Positions 1 to 8,959 of a stretch of 64,000 bases of DNA are shown one piece after another. Source of the DNA: Collinsella sp. (GTDB lineage Bacteria; Actinomycetota; Coriobacteriia; Coriobacteriales; Coriobacteriaceae); NCBI GenBank assembly GCA_034088265.1, contig JAXDWR010000078.1, positions 39,335 to 103,334 of the forward strand, read 5' to 3'. Within the stretch, counting starts at the first letter, position 1; every line of letters starts with the position of its first letter. Position numbers and translations under genes: made by a program. The notes below the pieces were generated by a model. That model did no database searches, was not told the DNA's origin, and saw only the letters and a program-made list of their open reading frames with translations.

Positions 1-359
1 ATGATGTCGCGCTCCCGCTCGTTGAGGACAAAGTCCTCCTCGGCGCGCGCGAGCGCGTCGAAGGGGTGGGTGAAGCCATGCAGGCGATGGCTCGGGTCGG
101 GGATATGCCAGTCGTAGAGGAAGTAGTCGTGGAGCAGTGCGCCACGGATCAGGGAATCGCGATCGACAGCGATGCCGCGGCGCTCGAGCCACAGCGCGAA
201 GCGCGCGCTCGCGAGCGCGACGGCATGGACGTGGGCATGGACCGAGACATCGCCGTGCTGCACGAAGTCGCGGGTCATGCCGAGCCGCCCGCGCTCCTCG
301 AGCTCCCGTGCGTGGCGCCGCACCTCGGCGACAGCCGTCTTCAGATCGACCTTGCTCAT
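1..359 (-). CDS. HD-domain phosphohydrolase family protein (partial, runs off the window's left edge)
   Basis: Manual translation of the minus strand from ATG at 359: MSKVDLK...QHGDVSVHAH...RGALLHDYFLYDWH...HGFTHP, i.e. H...HD motifs. Not in the ORF track because the stop lies outside the window. An in-frame ATG at 389 is an alternative start. Confidence 0.8.
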   Translation of the reverse strand, partial: MSKVDLKTAVAEVRRHARELEERGRLGMTRDFVQHGDVSVHAHVHAVALASARFALWLERRGIAVDRDSLIRGALLHDYFLYDWHIPDPSHRLHGFTHPFDALARAEEDFVLNERERDI

Positions 360-490
360 CGTCGGGGTCCTGCCTCGTCGTAGGGCCATCAATAGTCCTG
401 CTGATTATCCCCGCACCTGCCCGGGACCTCCCCGACGTACATGAATGAAACAGAATAATCCACTTGGATGGATCGCGCGACGCGTCCCGA

Positions 491-1870
491 CTAGTGGAGG
501 AAGAACCTCACCACCGCGCGCTTCCAGGCAGCGTAGGGCTGGTAGCGCATCGGAAGGTCGGGGAAGCGCCACTTCCTGACCACGCTCTTCTCGTGGGTGA
601 AGGTCTCGAAGCTCTTGCGGCCGTGATAGGACCCCATGCCCGAGGCCCCCATGCCGCCGAATCCCAGCTTGGACGTGGCGAGATGGATGATCGTGTCGTT
701 GACGCAGCCCCCACCGAAGGGGACCTGCCGCACGAAGCGCCTCTCCACCGCGCGATCGCGCGTGAAGATGTAGAGCGCGAGCGGCGTCTCGCGCGAGGTC
801 ACGAACGCCTCGGCCTCATCGAGATCCCCGAAGGTCAGGATGGGCAGAACCGGCCCAAAGATCTCCTCCTGCATCACCGCGTCCCCTGGGACGACGCCGT
901 CCATGATCGTCGGCTCTATCTTGAGCGCGGAGCGATCGGAGCCGCCGCCCATGACGATCTTGCCCGGATCGATGAGCGAGAGCACCCGGTCGAAGTGCTT
1001 CTCGTTGACCATCTTCCCGTAGTCGTCGTTATCAAGCGGCCTGTCCCCGTACATAGCACGGACCTGCTCGCACAAGAGCTCGACGAACTCGTCCTTGACG
1101 GAGCGATCGACGAGGAGGTAGTCAGGGGCGACGCAGGTCTGGCCTGCGTTGAGCCACTTGCCGAAGGCGATGCGCGCGGCCGCCACCTTGAGGTCGGCGG
1201 TCGCATCGACGATGCAGGGGCTCTTGCCCCCGAGCTCGAGCGTCACGGGCGTGAGGTTCTCGGCGGCACGGGACATGACCAGACGCCCCACCGAGACGCT
1301 GCCGGTGAAGAAGATGCTGTCCCAGCGCTGGTCGAGCAGCACGCCGTTCTCCTCCCGGCCCCCCTCGACGACGCTGACGAGCTCGGGGGGAAGGCTCTCC
1401 TCGCAGATGGCGCGCAAGACCCTGGATGAGGCCGGCGCGTAGGCGCTCGGCTTGACCACGCAGCAATTCCCCGCCGCTATGGCGCCCGCGAGGGGTTCCA
1501 AGGTGAGGAGGAAGGGGTAGTTCCACGGAGCCATGATGAGCGTGACGCCATAGGGGACGCGCTCGACATAGGAGGTCGCCATCGCGTTGGCGAGATCCGT
1601 GGGCTGCAGGCGCCGTCGGCTCCAGCGGCGCAGATGGGCGCGCTGATGGCGGATCTCGGAAAGCGAGAGCCCTATCTCGCACATGTAGCCCTCGTCAGCC
1701 GACTTGCCCAGATCCTCCTTCAGGGCCGCGGCGATATCGTCCTCGTGCGACCGAACGGCCTTGTGCAGGCGCGCGAGGGCATCGCGCCGATACGCCACGT
1801 CGAGGGTCGCGTGCGTGCGGAAGAAGCGTCGCTGGCGCTCGACCAGCTCCTCGATCTCGTTCCTGTCCAT
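491..1870 (-). CDS. NAD(P)-dependent aldehyde dehydrogenase (ALDH3-like)
   Basis: PWNYP, FTGS, catalytic ELGGKSP and GQTCVAP, and EEIFGP motifs. Start at MDRNEIEE, with GAGGAG upstream. Confidence 0.93.
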   Translation of the reverse strand: MDRNEIEELVERQRRFFRTHATLDVAYRRDALARLHKAVRSHEDDIAAALKEDLGKSADEGYMCEIGLSLSEIRHQRAHLRRWSRRRLQPTDLANAMATSYVERVPYGVTLIMAPWNYPFLLTLEPLAGAIAAGNCCVVKPSAYAPASSRVLRAICEESLPPELVSVVEGGREENGVLLDQRWDSIFFTGSVSVGRLVMSRAAENLTPVTLELGGKSPCIVDATADLKVAAARIAFGKWLNAGQTCVAPDYLLVDRSVKDEFVELLCEQVRAMYGDRPLDNDDYGKMVNEKHFDRVLSLIDPGKIVMGGGSDRSALKIEPTIMDGVVPGDAVMQEEIFGPVLPILTFGDLDEAEAFVTSRETPLALYIFTRDRAVERRFVRQVPFGGGCVNDTIIHLATSKLGFGGMGASGMGSYHGRKSFETFTHEKSVVRKWRFPDLPMRYQPYAAWKRAVVRFFLH

Positions 1871-1871
1871 G

Positions 1872-3095
1872 TCATTCCTCCTCGTCGACGAAGCGGCCGC
1901 CCGCCACCACACGATACATCTCCCCGAGCTCGGAGCGGTCCATGAGGCGGGGAACGGGATAGAGCGGATTGCACTCGGCGTCGCAGTGGGCAACCATCTG
2001 GGGGACGTCCCGACCCCGTATGCAGTCGATGTGCCGGGGTATCCCCATGCGCTCGTTCATACCCTCGATCCACGAGATGAGGGCCTCGGCGCCCGCGGCG
2101 TCACCCGCGGCGGCATCCACGAGCCCCACCAGACGGGCGAGACGGGCGAGCGACCTCTCGCAGCTTCGCCCATAGGCCCTGAGGACATGGGGCAGCACCA
2201 CGGCGTTGGCGAGGCCGTGCGCGAGGCCGTAGCATCCCCCCAGGCTATGGGCGATCCCGTGAACGTAGCCCACATATGACCTGGTGAACGCCACACCGGC
2301 CCGATAAGAGGCCAAGAGCATGCCCCGGCGCGCATCGATGTCGCCCGGATCGAGGTACGCCCGCTCGAGGTCGCGATGGATGATCGCCACGGCCTCCTCG
2401 GCGCACGCCCTCGTGTAGGCCGTGGTGGTTCGCCCGATATAGGCCTCGATGGCGTGGGTGAGCGCGTCCATGCCAGTCGTCGCGGTGATCGCGGGGGGAA
2501 GGGCGAGCGTGACGCGATAGTCGTGGACCGCGATCCGCGGGATCAGGGAGAAGTCGTTGATCACGTACTTGTGATGCTCGCGGGCATCGGTGATGACGGC
2601 TGCGAGCGTGACCTCGCTGCCGGTCCCCGCCGTCGTCGGCACGGCCACGAGCAAGGGGCACCGACGACGAACGCGCAGAAGGCCGCGCATCTGCGCGAGG
2701 CTCTTGCGCGGGCGCGCGACGCGAGCCGCGACGGCCTTGGCGCAGTCCATGGCCGATCCGCCCCCGAACCCTATGATCGCCTGGCACCCCCGCTCGCGGT
2801 AGCGCGCGAGCGCCTCCTCGACGTTGTCGACCGTCGGGTTGGCCACCGTGTCGCCGAAGACCGCGCAGTCGATACCGTTCGAGCTCAGCGACGCGACGAG
2901 GCCGTCGGCCAGATGAAGCGCGACGATGCCCGGGTCCGTCACCAAAAGGACCCGCGAGACGTCCCGCTGTCCGAGGGCGCCCGCGACCTTGTCGAGGCCG
3001 TCGAGGATGACGGGCTCCCGATACGGGAGCGCGGGCAGGGCGGCCCGGAAGCAGGCTTGGAAGGCGCGGCAGTAGGCCGATCGGATAGGATTCAT
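1872..3095 (-). CDS. Iron-containing alcohol dehydrogenase
   Basis: GGGS, PTTAGTGSE, DALTHAIEAY and HGIAHSLG/HGLANA metal-binding motifs. Lies 1 bp from the ALDH gene (operon). Confidence 0.93.
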   Translation of the reverse strand: MNPIRSAYCRAFQACFRAALPALPYREPVILDGLDKVAGALGQRDVSRVLLVTDPGIVALHLADGLVASLSSNGIDCAVFGDTVANPTVDNVEEALARYRERGCQAIIGFGGGSAMDCAKAVAARVARPRKSLAQMRGLLRVRRRCPLLVAVPTTAGTGSEVTLAAVITDAREHHKYVINDFSLIPRIAVHDYRVTLALPPAITATTGMDALTHAIEAYIGRTTTAYTRACAEEAVAIIHRDLERAYLDPGDIDARRGMLLASYRAGVAFTRSYVGYVHGIAHSLGGCYGLAHGLANAVVLPHVLRAYGRSCERSLARLARLVGLVDAAAGDAAGAEALISWIEGMNERMGIPRHIDCIRGRDVPQMVAHCDAECNPLYPVPRLMDRSELGEMYRVVAGGRFVDEEE

Positions 3096-3106
3096 CGTTC
3101 CCCCCT

Positions 3107-3154
3107 CATAATGTTAAGTCGTAAACATTATGGGGAAAGAAGTTAACTGGTCAA
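3107..3154 (-). promoter_or_regulatory. Sigma70-type promoter (TTGACC-16-CATAAT) with overlapping palindromic operator CATAATGTT-N8-AACATTATG
   Basis: AT-rich intergenic region upstream of adh. Perfect 9-bp inverted repeat at 3107-3115/3124-3132 overlaps the -10 box. Confidence 0.6.
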
Positions 3155-3189
3155 CATATTTCGCAAATCGCCCATTTTGAGGCCGGAGG

Positions 3190-5607
3190 TCAGACGAGGC
3201 CCAGTGCCAGCCCTATGAGCCGAACCGCGAAGGCGGCGATCCAGGCGACGCCCACCTGCAGCGCGAAGACGGCGATGGCGAACCTGGTCCCCAGCTCGTT
3301 CCTCACCGCGCCGATCGCCGCGACGCAGGGCGGGTAGAGCAGCGTGAAGACCAGGAACGAGTAGGCGCCAAGCGGGGTGAAGACCTGCGCGAGGGCCGCC
3401 GTCGAGGACGTCCCGAGCAAGACCGAAAGGGTCGATATGACGCTCTCCTTGGCGAGCAGGCCGCAGACCAGCGCCGTGCTCGCGCGCCAGTCGCCAAAGC
3501 CGAGCGGGGCGAGGACGGGTGCAAGGATGCCGCCGAGGCCCGCGAGGAGGCTCTGCGATTGATCCGTCACCACGTTGAGGCGCATGTCGAAGGTCTGGAG
3601 GAACCAGATGACCACGCTCGCCGCGAAGATGATCGTGAAGGCGCGCGTCAGGAAGTCCTTGGCCTTGTCCCAAGCCAAGAGGACCGTCGTCTTGACGCTC
3701 GGCAACCGATAGTTGGGGAGCTCCATGATGAAGGGGACGGGCTCGCCCCTGAAGGCCGTGTGCTTGAAGACGAGCGCCACGATGGCCGCCGCGACGATGC
3801 CCAGCAGGTAGAGCGAGATCATGACGGGGACGGCCGAGGCACCGAAGAACGCCGCGGTGAGCAGTCCGTAGACGGGGAGCTTGGCCGAACAGCTCATGAA
3901 CGGGGTGAGCATGATCGTCATCTTGCGATCGTGCTCGGACGGCAGGGTGCGCGTCGCCATGATCGCGGGGACGCTGCACCCAAAGCCCACGAGCATGGGC
4001 ACGAAGCTGCGTCCGGAGAGGCCGAAGCGCCTCAGGACCTTGTCCATGACGAAGGCCACCCGGGCCATGTAGCCGGAATCCTCGAGCATGGACAGGAAGA
4101 GGAACAGCACCACGATGAGCGGCAGGAACGACAGGACGCTTCCCACACCCGCGAAGACGCCGTCGATGACGAGGGAGTGGACCACGGGGTTGACGCCCCA
4201 GAGCGCGAGCGCCCCGTCCACGGCGCCGGTCAGGGCCGCGACGCCCTCCTCCATGAGACCCTGGAGCCAGGCGCCCACGACGCCGAAGGTGAGCCAGAAC
4301 ACGAGGCCCATGATGAGCAGGAACACGGGGAAGGCGGTGAAGCGCCCGGTGAGGACCCGGTCGATGGCGACCGAGCGCAGATGCTCGCGGCTCTCGCGCG
4401 GCTTCACCACGCAGCGGCGGCAGACCGCCTCTATGAAGGCGAAGCGCATGTCCGCGAGGGCCGAGAGCCGATCGAGCCCGGACTCCCCCTCCATCTGGGA
4501 GATGATGTGCTCGAGGCCGTGGAGCTCGTTGACGTCGAGTCCCAGCGCCTCCTTGACGAGTTCGTCGCCCTCGACGAGCTTGGTGGCCGCGAAGCGCAAC
4601 GGGATGGACGAGCGGCGGGCGTGGTCCTCCACGAGATGCGCGACACCGTGGATGCAGCGGTGCAGGGCGCCCGCATCAGGACCGTCGGGGGTGCAGAAGT
4701 CGACGCGCCCGGGGCGCTCCCCGTAGCGCGCGACCTGGAGCACATGATCCACGAGCTCCGTGATGCCCTCGTTGCGGGCCGCCGAGATGGGCACGACCGG
4801 GATCCCCAGGAGGCTCTCGAGCTGGTTGACATCGACGGTGCCGCCGTTGGCGACGACCTCGTCCATCATGTTGAGGGCGAGCACCATGGGCCGCTCGAGC
4901 TCCATGAGCTGCATCGTGAGATAGAGGTTCCGCTCGATGTTGGTGGCGTCCACGATGTTGATGATCGCATCCGGGCGGGTGTCGAGGATGAAACGCCGGC
5001 TCACCACCTCCTCGCTCGTGTAGGGCGTGAGGGAGTAGATGCCGGGGAGATCGGTGATGGTGACCTCGGGATGCCCTTTGACCTGGCCGTCCTTGCGGTC
5101 GACCGTCACGCCCGGGAAGTTGCCCACATGCTGGTTGGAGCCGGTGAGCTGGTTGAAGAGGGTGGTCTTGCCGCAGTTCTGGTTGCCCACGAGCGCGAGG
5201 GCCAGGGGAGCTCCCTCGGGAAGCGGGGCGTCGCCGGGCACGGGACGGTAGCGGCGCTCCCCCAGAGCGGGATGCGGGCCGCTGGCTATGCGATCGTTCG
5301 CCAACGGCAGGTCATGGGCATCGTGCACGTCGCGGAGCTCGATGCGCGCGGCGTCCGCCCGGCGCAGCGTGAGCTCGTATCCGCGCAGGCGGATCTCGAG
5401 GGGGTCCCCCATCGGGGCGTGCTTCATCATCGTGACCTCGGTGCCGGGCGTGAGGCCCATGTCCAGGATGTGCTGGCGCAGCACCCGGTCGTCGGAATCG
5501 ACGGCGGAGACGATGGCGTCCTTCCCGATCTCGAGCCGATCGAGCCGCATGGGCCACCGACAGGAGGTGTCCTTGTCGTCTATGCTGGTTGCTCGCTCTC
5601 CCACCAT
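3190..5607 (-). CDS. feoB: Ferrous iron transporter FeoA-FeoB fusion
   Basis: N-terminal FeoA (DMGLTPGT...APMGDP..I.LRGYELTLR), GTPase motifs GNQNCGKT, DLPG and NMMD, membrane domain with GCSVPA and PFMSCSA. Start uncertain (5607 or 5550). Confidence 0.95.
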   Translation of the reverse strand: MVGERATSIDDKDTSCRWPMRLDRLEIGKDAIVSAVDSDDRVLRQHILDMGLTPGTEVTMMKHAPMGDPLEIRLRGYELTLRRADAARIELRDVHDAHDLPLANDRIASGPHPALGERRYRPVPGDAPLPEGAPLALALVGNQNCGKTTLFNQLTGSNQHVGNFPGVTVDRKDGQVKGHPEVTITDLPGIYSLTPYTSEEVVSRRFILDTRPDAIINIVDATNIERNLYLTMQLMELERPMVLALNMMDEVVANGGTVDVNQLESLLGIPVVPISAARNEGITELVDHVLQVARYGERPGRVDFCTPDGPDAGALHRCIHGVAHLVEDHARRSSIPLRFAATKLVEGDELVKEALGLDVNELHGLEHIISQMEGESGLDRLSALADMRFAFIEAVCRRCVVKPRESREHLRSVAIDRVLTGRFTAFPVFLLIMGLVFWLTFGVVGAWLQGLMEEGVAALTGAVDGALALWGVNPVVHSLVIDGVFAGVGSVLSFLPLIVVLFLFLSMLEDSGYMARVAFVMDKVLRRFGLSGRSFVPMLVGFGCSVPAIMATRTLPSEHDRKMTIMLTPFMSCSAKLPVYGLLTAAFFGASAVPVMISLYLLGIVAAAIVALVFKHTAFRGEPVPFIMELPNYRLPSVKTTVLLAWDKAKDFLTRAFTIIFAASVVIWFLQTFDMRLNVVTDQSQSLLAGLGGILAPVLAPLGFGDWRASTALVCGLLAKESVISTLSVLLGTSSTAALAQVFTPLGAYSFLVFTLLYPPCVAAIGAVRNELGTRFAIAVFALQVGVAWIAAFAVRLIGLALGLV

Positions 5608-5626
5608 CTCTGCAGGCTCCAAATTG

Positions 5627-5645
5627 TTAGCTCAGGTTATCTTTA
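5627..5645. promoter_or_regulatory. Putative DtxR/IdeR-family metal-repressor box upstream of feoAB
   Basis: TTAGCTCAGGTTATCTTTA matches 14/19 positions of the TWAGGTWAGSCTWACCTWA consensus and lies directly upstream of an iron-uptake gene. Confidence 0.55.
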
Positions 5646-5720
5646 TCCATAGGCATGATAGCATCCGCCGGAAGGGCCCCGGCACTCAACGCCATCTCCA
5701 TATCGCGACGGGCATCCACG

Positions 5721-5749
5721 AAAAAGGGGCCGCAGCAACCGCGGCCCCC
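5721..5749 (-). terminator. Intrinsic terminator downstream of the def-like gene
   Basis: GGGGCCGC...GCGGCCCC stem followed by a T5 run on the minus strand. Confidence 0.75.
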
Positions 5750-5778
5750 GTGACACGTCGATGCGCCGAAGCGGATCG

Positions 5779-6195
5779 TCACACCAGCTTGCCCTGGCAG
5801 TGATCGATGACGTGCTGCACGCACTGCGCCGTCCAATCCTGGAACGTGCGCGTGCGGGGCACCAGCTGGTCGCCCACGAGCTCTTGGAACGAGACGCGGA
5901 CCGTCTGGAAGCGCTTGACGTTGCTCGTCCCCTCGAGGCTCAGGCAGCCCTCGACCGTCTTGAACGGCTTCATGCCGGCGAGGATCTTGGGATTGTACAT
6001 GACATGGATGCGGCCCTTGGCCTCAAAGGCCACGACCGCCTTGTTGGCGCCGATCTGGTTGGCCGCGAGGCAGGCGCAGTCATCCAGCGACTTCATGGTG
6101 TCGACGAGGTCCTGTCCCAGGGCGGCGTCATCGGCCGTGGCGGGCTCGGCGACCTGCTGGAGGGCGGCCTCGTCGTGAATAAGCTCTTTGATCAT
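5779..6195 (-). CDS. Short peptide deformylase-like protein with degenerate HExxH motif
   Basis: CLAANQIG (motif 1-like), EGCLS (motif 2), QHVIDH in place of QHExDH. Start MIKELIHD with AAGG RBS. Confidence 0.8.
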   Translation of the reverse strand: MIKELIHDEAALQQVAEPATADDAALGQDLVDTMKSLDDCACLAANQIGANKAVVAFEAKGRIHVMYNPKILAGMKPFKTVEGCLSLEGTSNVKRFQTVRVSFQELVGDQLVPRTRTFQDWTAQCVQHVIDHCQGKLV

Positions 6196-6340
6196 CGATC
6201 TTCCTTTCCATATGTGCATGGCGCGGCGCGGACCCTGGCGCGGATCAGGCCGGCGCCGAGGGACCCTGCCCCATCCCCACGATGATACGGGAAAGAGCGC
6301 GGCGAGGCGGCGAGGCGGCGCATCTTTCCCGCACGGCGTC

Positions 6341-7675
6341 CTAGGGAAGGAGCGCCGAAGCCGCCCCGTCAAGGCGGATGTCGGCGTCGAAGAACGCGCG
6401 TAGCGCACGGATCGCCAGGCCGACGTCGCGGCTCCCCGCCGTCTCGAAGGACGAGTGCATGGCGAGCTGCGGGCAGCCGACGTCGACCGCATGGAGGCTG
6501 ACCTGCGTGTTGGAGAGGTTCCCCAGCGTCGATCCGCCCGCCATGTCGCTGCGGTTGGAGAAGGTCTGGAAGGGGATCCCCTCCCGCTTGAGGATCGAGG
6601 CGATGAGCGCGCGGCTGAAGCCGTCGGTGCAGTACGCCTGGTTCGCGGCCTCCTTTATCACGAGCCCCCCGTTGAGGGAGCAGCGGTTGCCCTCGTCGGC
6701 CTTCTCGGGGTGGTTGGGGTGGACGGCGTGGGCGTTGTCGCAGCTCACCAGCACGCTCGCGGCGATGGCGCGACGCAGCTCCTCGACGCTCCATCCCAAG
6801 GACCCGCCGACCCGCTCCAAGGTGTCGCGCAAGAACGTCGACAGGGCTCCCTGCTTGGTGTTCGACCCCACCTCCTCGTTGTCGAAACAGCAGTACACCG
6901 AGATGCACCCGGGGTTGTCGGAGGACAGGAACGCCTCGAGGGAGGCGTGGGCGCACATGAGGTCGTCGAGGCGGGGCGCCGAGACGAACTCATCGGCAGC
7001 TCCCCAGACCAGGGGCTCCTGGAGATTCACCAGATACAGATCGCGGGCGAGGACATCGGCGGGATCGGCATCCACCGCCTCGGCCACGAGCGCGTCGACG
7101 GCACCCTTCCCAAGGCCTCCCCACGAGACCAGCGGGCACAGATCGACCTGGCGGTTGGGCGCGAAGCCCTTGTTGACCTCGCGATCCATATGGATGGCCA
7201 AGCTCGGGATAACGGCGACGGGCCGATCGATGGACACGAGGCGCGACTCGACGCGATCCCCGCTCGCCACCACCGCGCGGCCCGCGAGCCCCAGGGGCCT
7301 ATCAAACCAGCTGTGGTCGATCATCCCGCCGTAGGCCTCGACGTTGAGGCGCAGCGACCCCGCGGGGCCCTCGAGCTCGGCCATGGGCTTCACCTTGAAG
7401 CAGGGGGAGTCGGAATGGGCCGCCGTGATCTGGAAGCGACGGGCGTCGAGATCGCGGCCGACCCTCCATGCGATCAGGCTCGAGCCGTTCCGGATCGCGT
7501 AGCGGCAGTCGCCGGCGCCCATGCCCCACCCGTCCGTCTCGGACAGGCCCTCGAAGCCCGCGCGTTCAAGACGGCGGGCTATCTCCGCCGTCACGTGGAA
7601 GGCGGTCCGCCCCTCGCGGACGAAGTCGAGCATGTCCCGCGTGGCTTCCAGATCGCCCAATGCCGTTTCGGCCAT
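6341..7675 (-). CDS. M18 family aminopeptidase (aspartyl aminopeptidase-like)
   Basis: AHSDSP, RLDDL, DNEEVGS, DNAHAVHPN, GGSTLG and LAMHS motifs. Confidence 0.93.
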   Translation of the reverse strand: MAETALGDLEATRDMLDFVREGRTAFHVTAEIARRLERAGFEGLSETDGWGMGAGDCRYAIRNGSSLIAWRVGRDLDARRFQITAAHSDSPCFKVKPMAELEGPAGSLRLNVEAYGGMIDHSWFDRPLGLAGRAVVASGDRVESRLVSIDRPVAVIPSLAIHMDREVNKGFAPNRQVDLCPLVSWGGLGKGAVDALVAEAVDADPADVLARDLYLVNLQEPLVWGAADEFVSAPRLDDLMCAHASLEAFLSSDNPGCISVYCCFDNEEVGSNTKQGALSTFLRDTLERVGGSLGWSVEELRRAIAASVLVSCDNAHAVHPNHPEKADEGNRCSLNGGLVIKEAANQAYCTDGFSRALIASILKREGIPFQTFSNRSDMAGGSTLGNLSNTQVSLHAVDVGCPQLAMHSSFETAGSRDVGLAIRALRAFFDADIRLDGAASALLP

Positions 7676-7783
7676 GGCGTCTCCTCTCCCTCTGGCAGTT
7701 CTCGGCAAAACATTATCGCGCAACAGCGGCGGACGGGTGCACCGTCGCAAAAGCGACAAGGCTCGCCGAGGGACGACGGGAAG

Positions 7784-7815
7784 AAAAGGGGCGCCCCGAC
7801 CGGGACGCCCCCTTT
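7784..7815 (-). terminator. Intrinsic terminator after degV (possibly bidirectional)
   Basis: AAAAGGGGCG...CGCCCCCTTT hairpin with A and T flanks. Confidence 0.65.
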
Positions 7816-7842
7816 GCGGATGGGGAGGATGGACGGATCGCC

Positions 7843-8697
7843 CTACTCAGCGCGCTCCATGACGGCCCCGAAGGCGCAGGGGCCGCAGTGGCTCGAGATC
7901 ATGCCGCCGACCTCGATCCAGTCAAAGCCCCTGAAACCGAGCTTCACGACGTGGTCCTCGACGGCGCGCTTGATGCTCTCGGGCAGACCATCGGAGTGCG
8001 CGAGGCCCACGCGATCCATGTTGACCGGGCCCTGCGACATGAGGTGGTCTATGAAATGGACGGCGGCGCGGCGCATGGAGCCGCGGATCTTCTTGGTGGC
8101 GACGAACCTGCCCTCGATGATCTCGATGACCGGCTTGATCTTGAGCAGATGGGCGCCGAGGAACTGGGCGTTGCTCAGGCGTCCGCCGGCGCGCAGGTAG
8201 GCCAGGTCGCTCGGAACGAAGCCCAGAAGCACGCGGGAGCAGACACCCTCGACGAAGGTGGAGATCTCCTCGATGCTCGCATCGGGATGCTCCTCGAGGA
8301 AGGCGGCGGTCCGCACGAGCACATGGGATTGACCGATCGACACGCTGCGGGTGTCGATGGACACCACGTAGTCGCGACCCTCGGCGGCGGTGAGGGCCGA
8401 GGCATGGGAGCAGGTGGTGACCGCGGAGTAGGCCAGATGGAGGATGGTGGCGTCCGGACGCTCGGCGTGGACGCGATCGAAGACGGTCGCGAAGTCGCCG
8501 ACCGTGGCGGCGCTCGTCTTGGGCATCACGCCCAGCTCCTTGGAGCGCGCGTAGACCTCGTGTCCGCAGATGGAGCCGTCGTCATAGGTCTGATCGCCGA
8601 TCGTCACGTGCATGGGGACGATCTGGATACCATAGCGCTCGGCGAGCTCGGGTGCGAGGTCGGAACCGGACTCGGCCACGATAACGTACTTGCTCAT
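7843..8697 (-). CDS. DegV family fatty-acid binding protein
   Basis: ESGSDL N-terminus, PKTS, DTRSVSIG, YLRAGGR, LLKIKP and SHCGP motifs. Confidence 0.9.
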   Translation of the reverse strand: MSKYVIVAESGSDLAPELAERYGIQIVPMHVTIGDQTYDDGSICGHEVYARSKELGVMPKTSAATVGDFATVFDRVHAERPDATILHLAYSAVTTCSHASALTAAEGRDYVVSIDTRSVSIGQSHVLVRTAAFLEEHPDASIEEISTFVEGVCSRVLLGFVPSDLAYLRAGGRLSNAQFLGAHLLKIKPVIEIIEGRFVATKKIRGSMRRAAVHFIDHLMSQGPVNMDRVGLAHSDGLPESIKRAVEDHVVKLGFRGFDWIEVGGMISSHCGPCAFGAVMERAE

Positions 8698-8959
8698 AGG
8701 CAACCTCTTCTACATGGGGGCGGCCCCGTCGGGCACGAGACACACAGATGGCGGGCACGCCCTCGCCCGAGGCGTGTGCAAGTCATTCTACCTGCTCGAC
8801 GTTTTCGTCCACGCCATCCTATCGCAGTCGGCACCCTGCAGCCAGCAAGCGCTCCGAAAGGGGCCCTGTCGGCGCCATCCCGCCCCTCTCGAGGCCGGAT
8901 GACGATACAGGTGTGCAGTTAGATGACGTATGAATGTGGAGCGACGGTGAACGAGGGCG

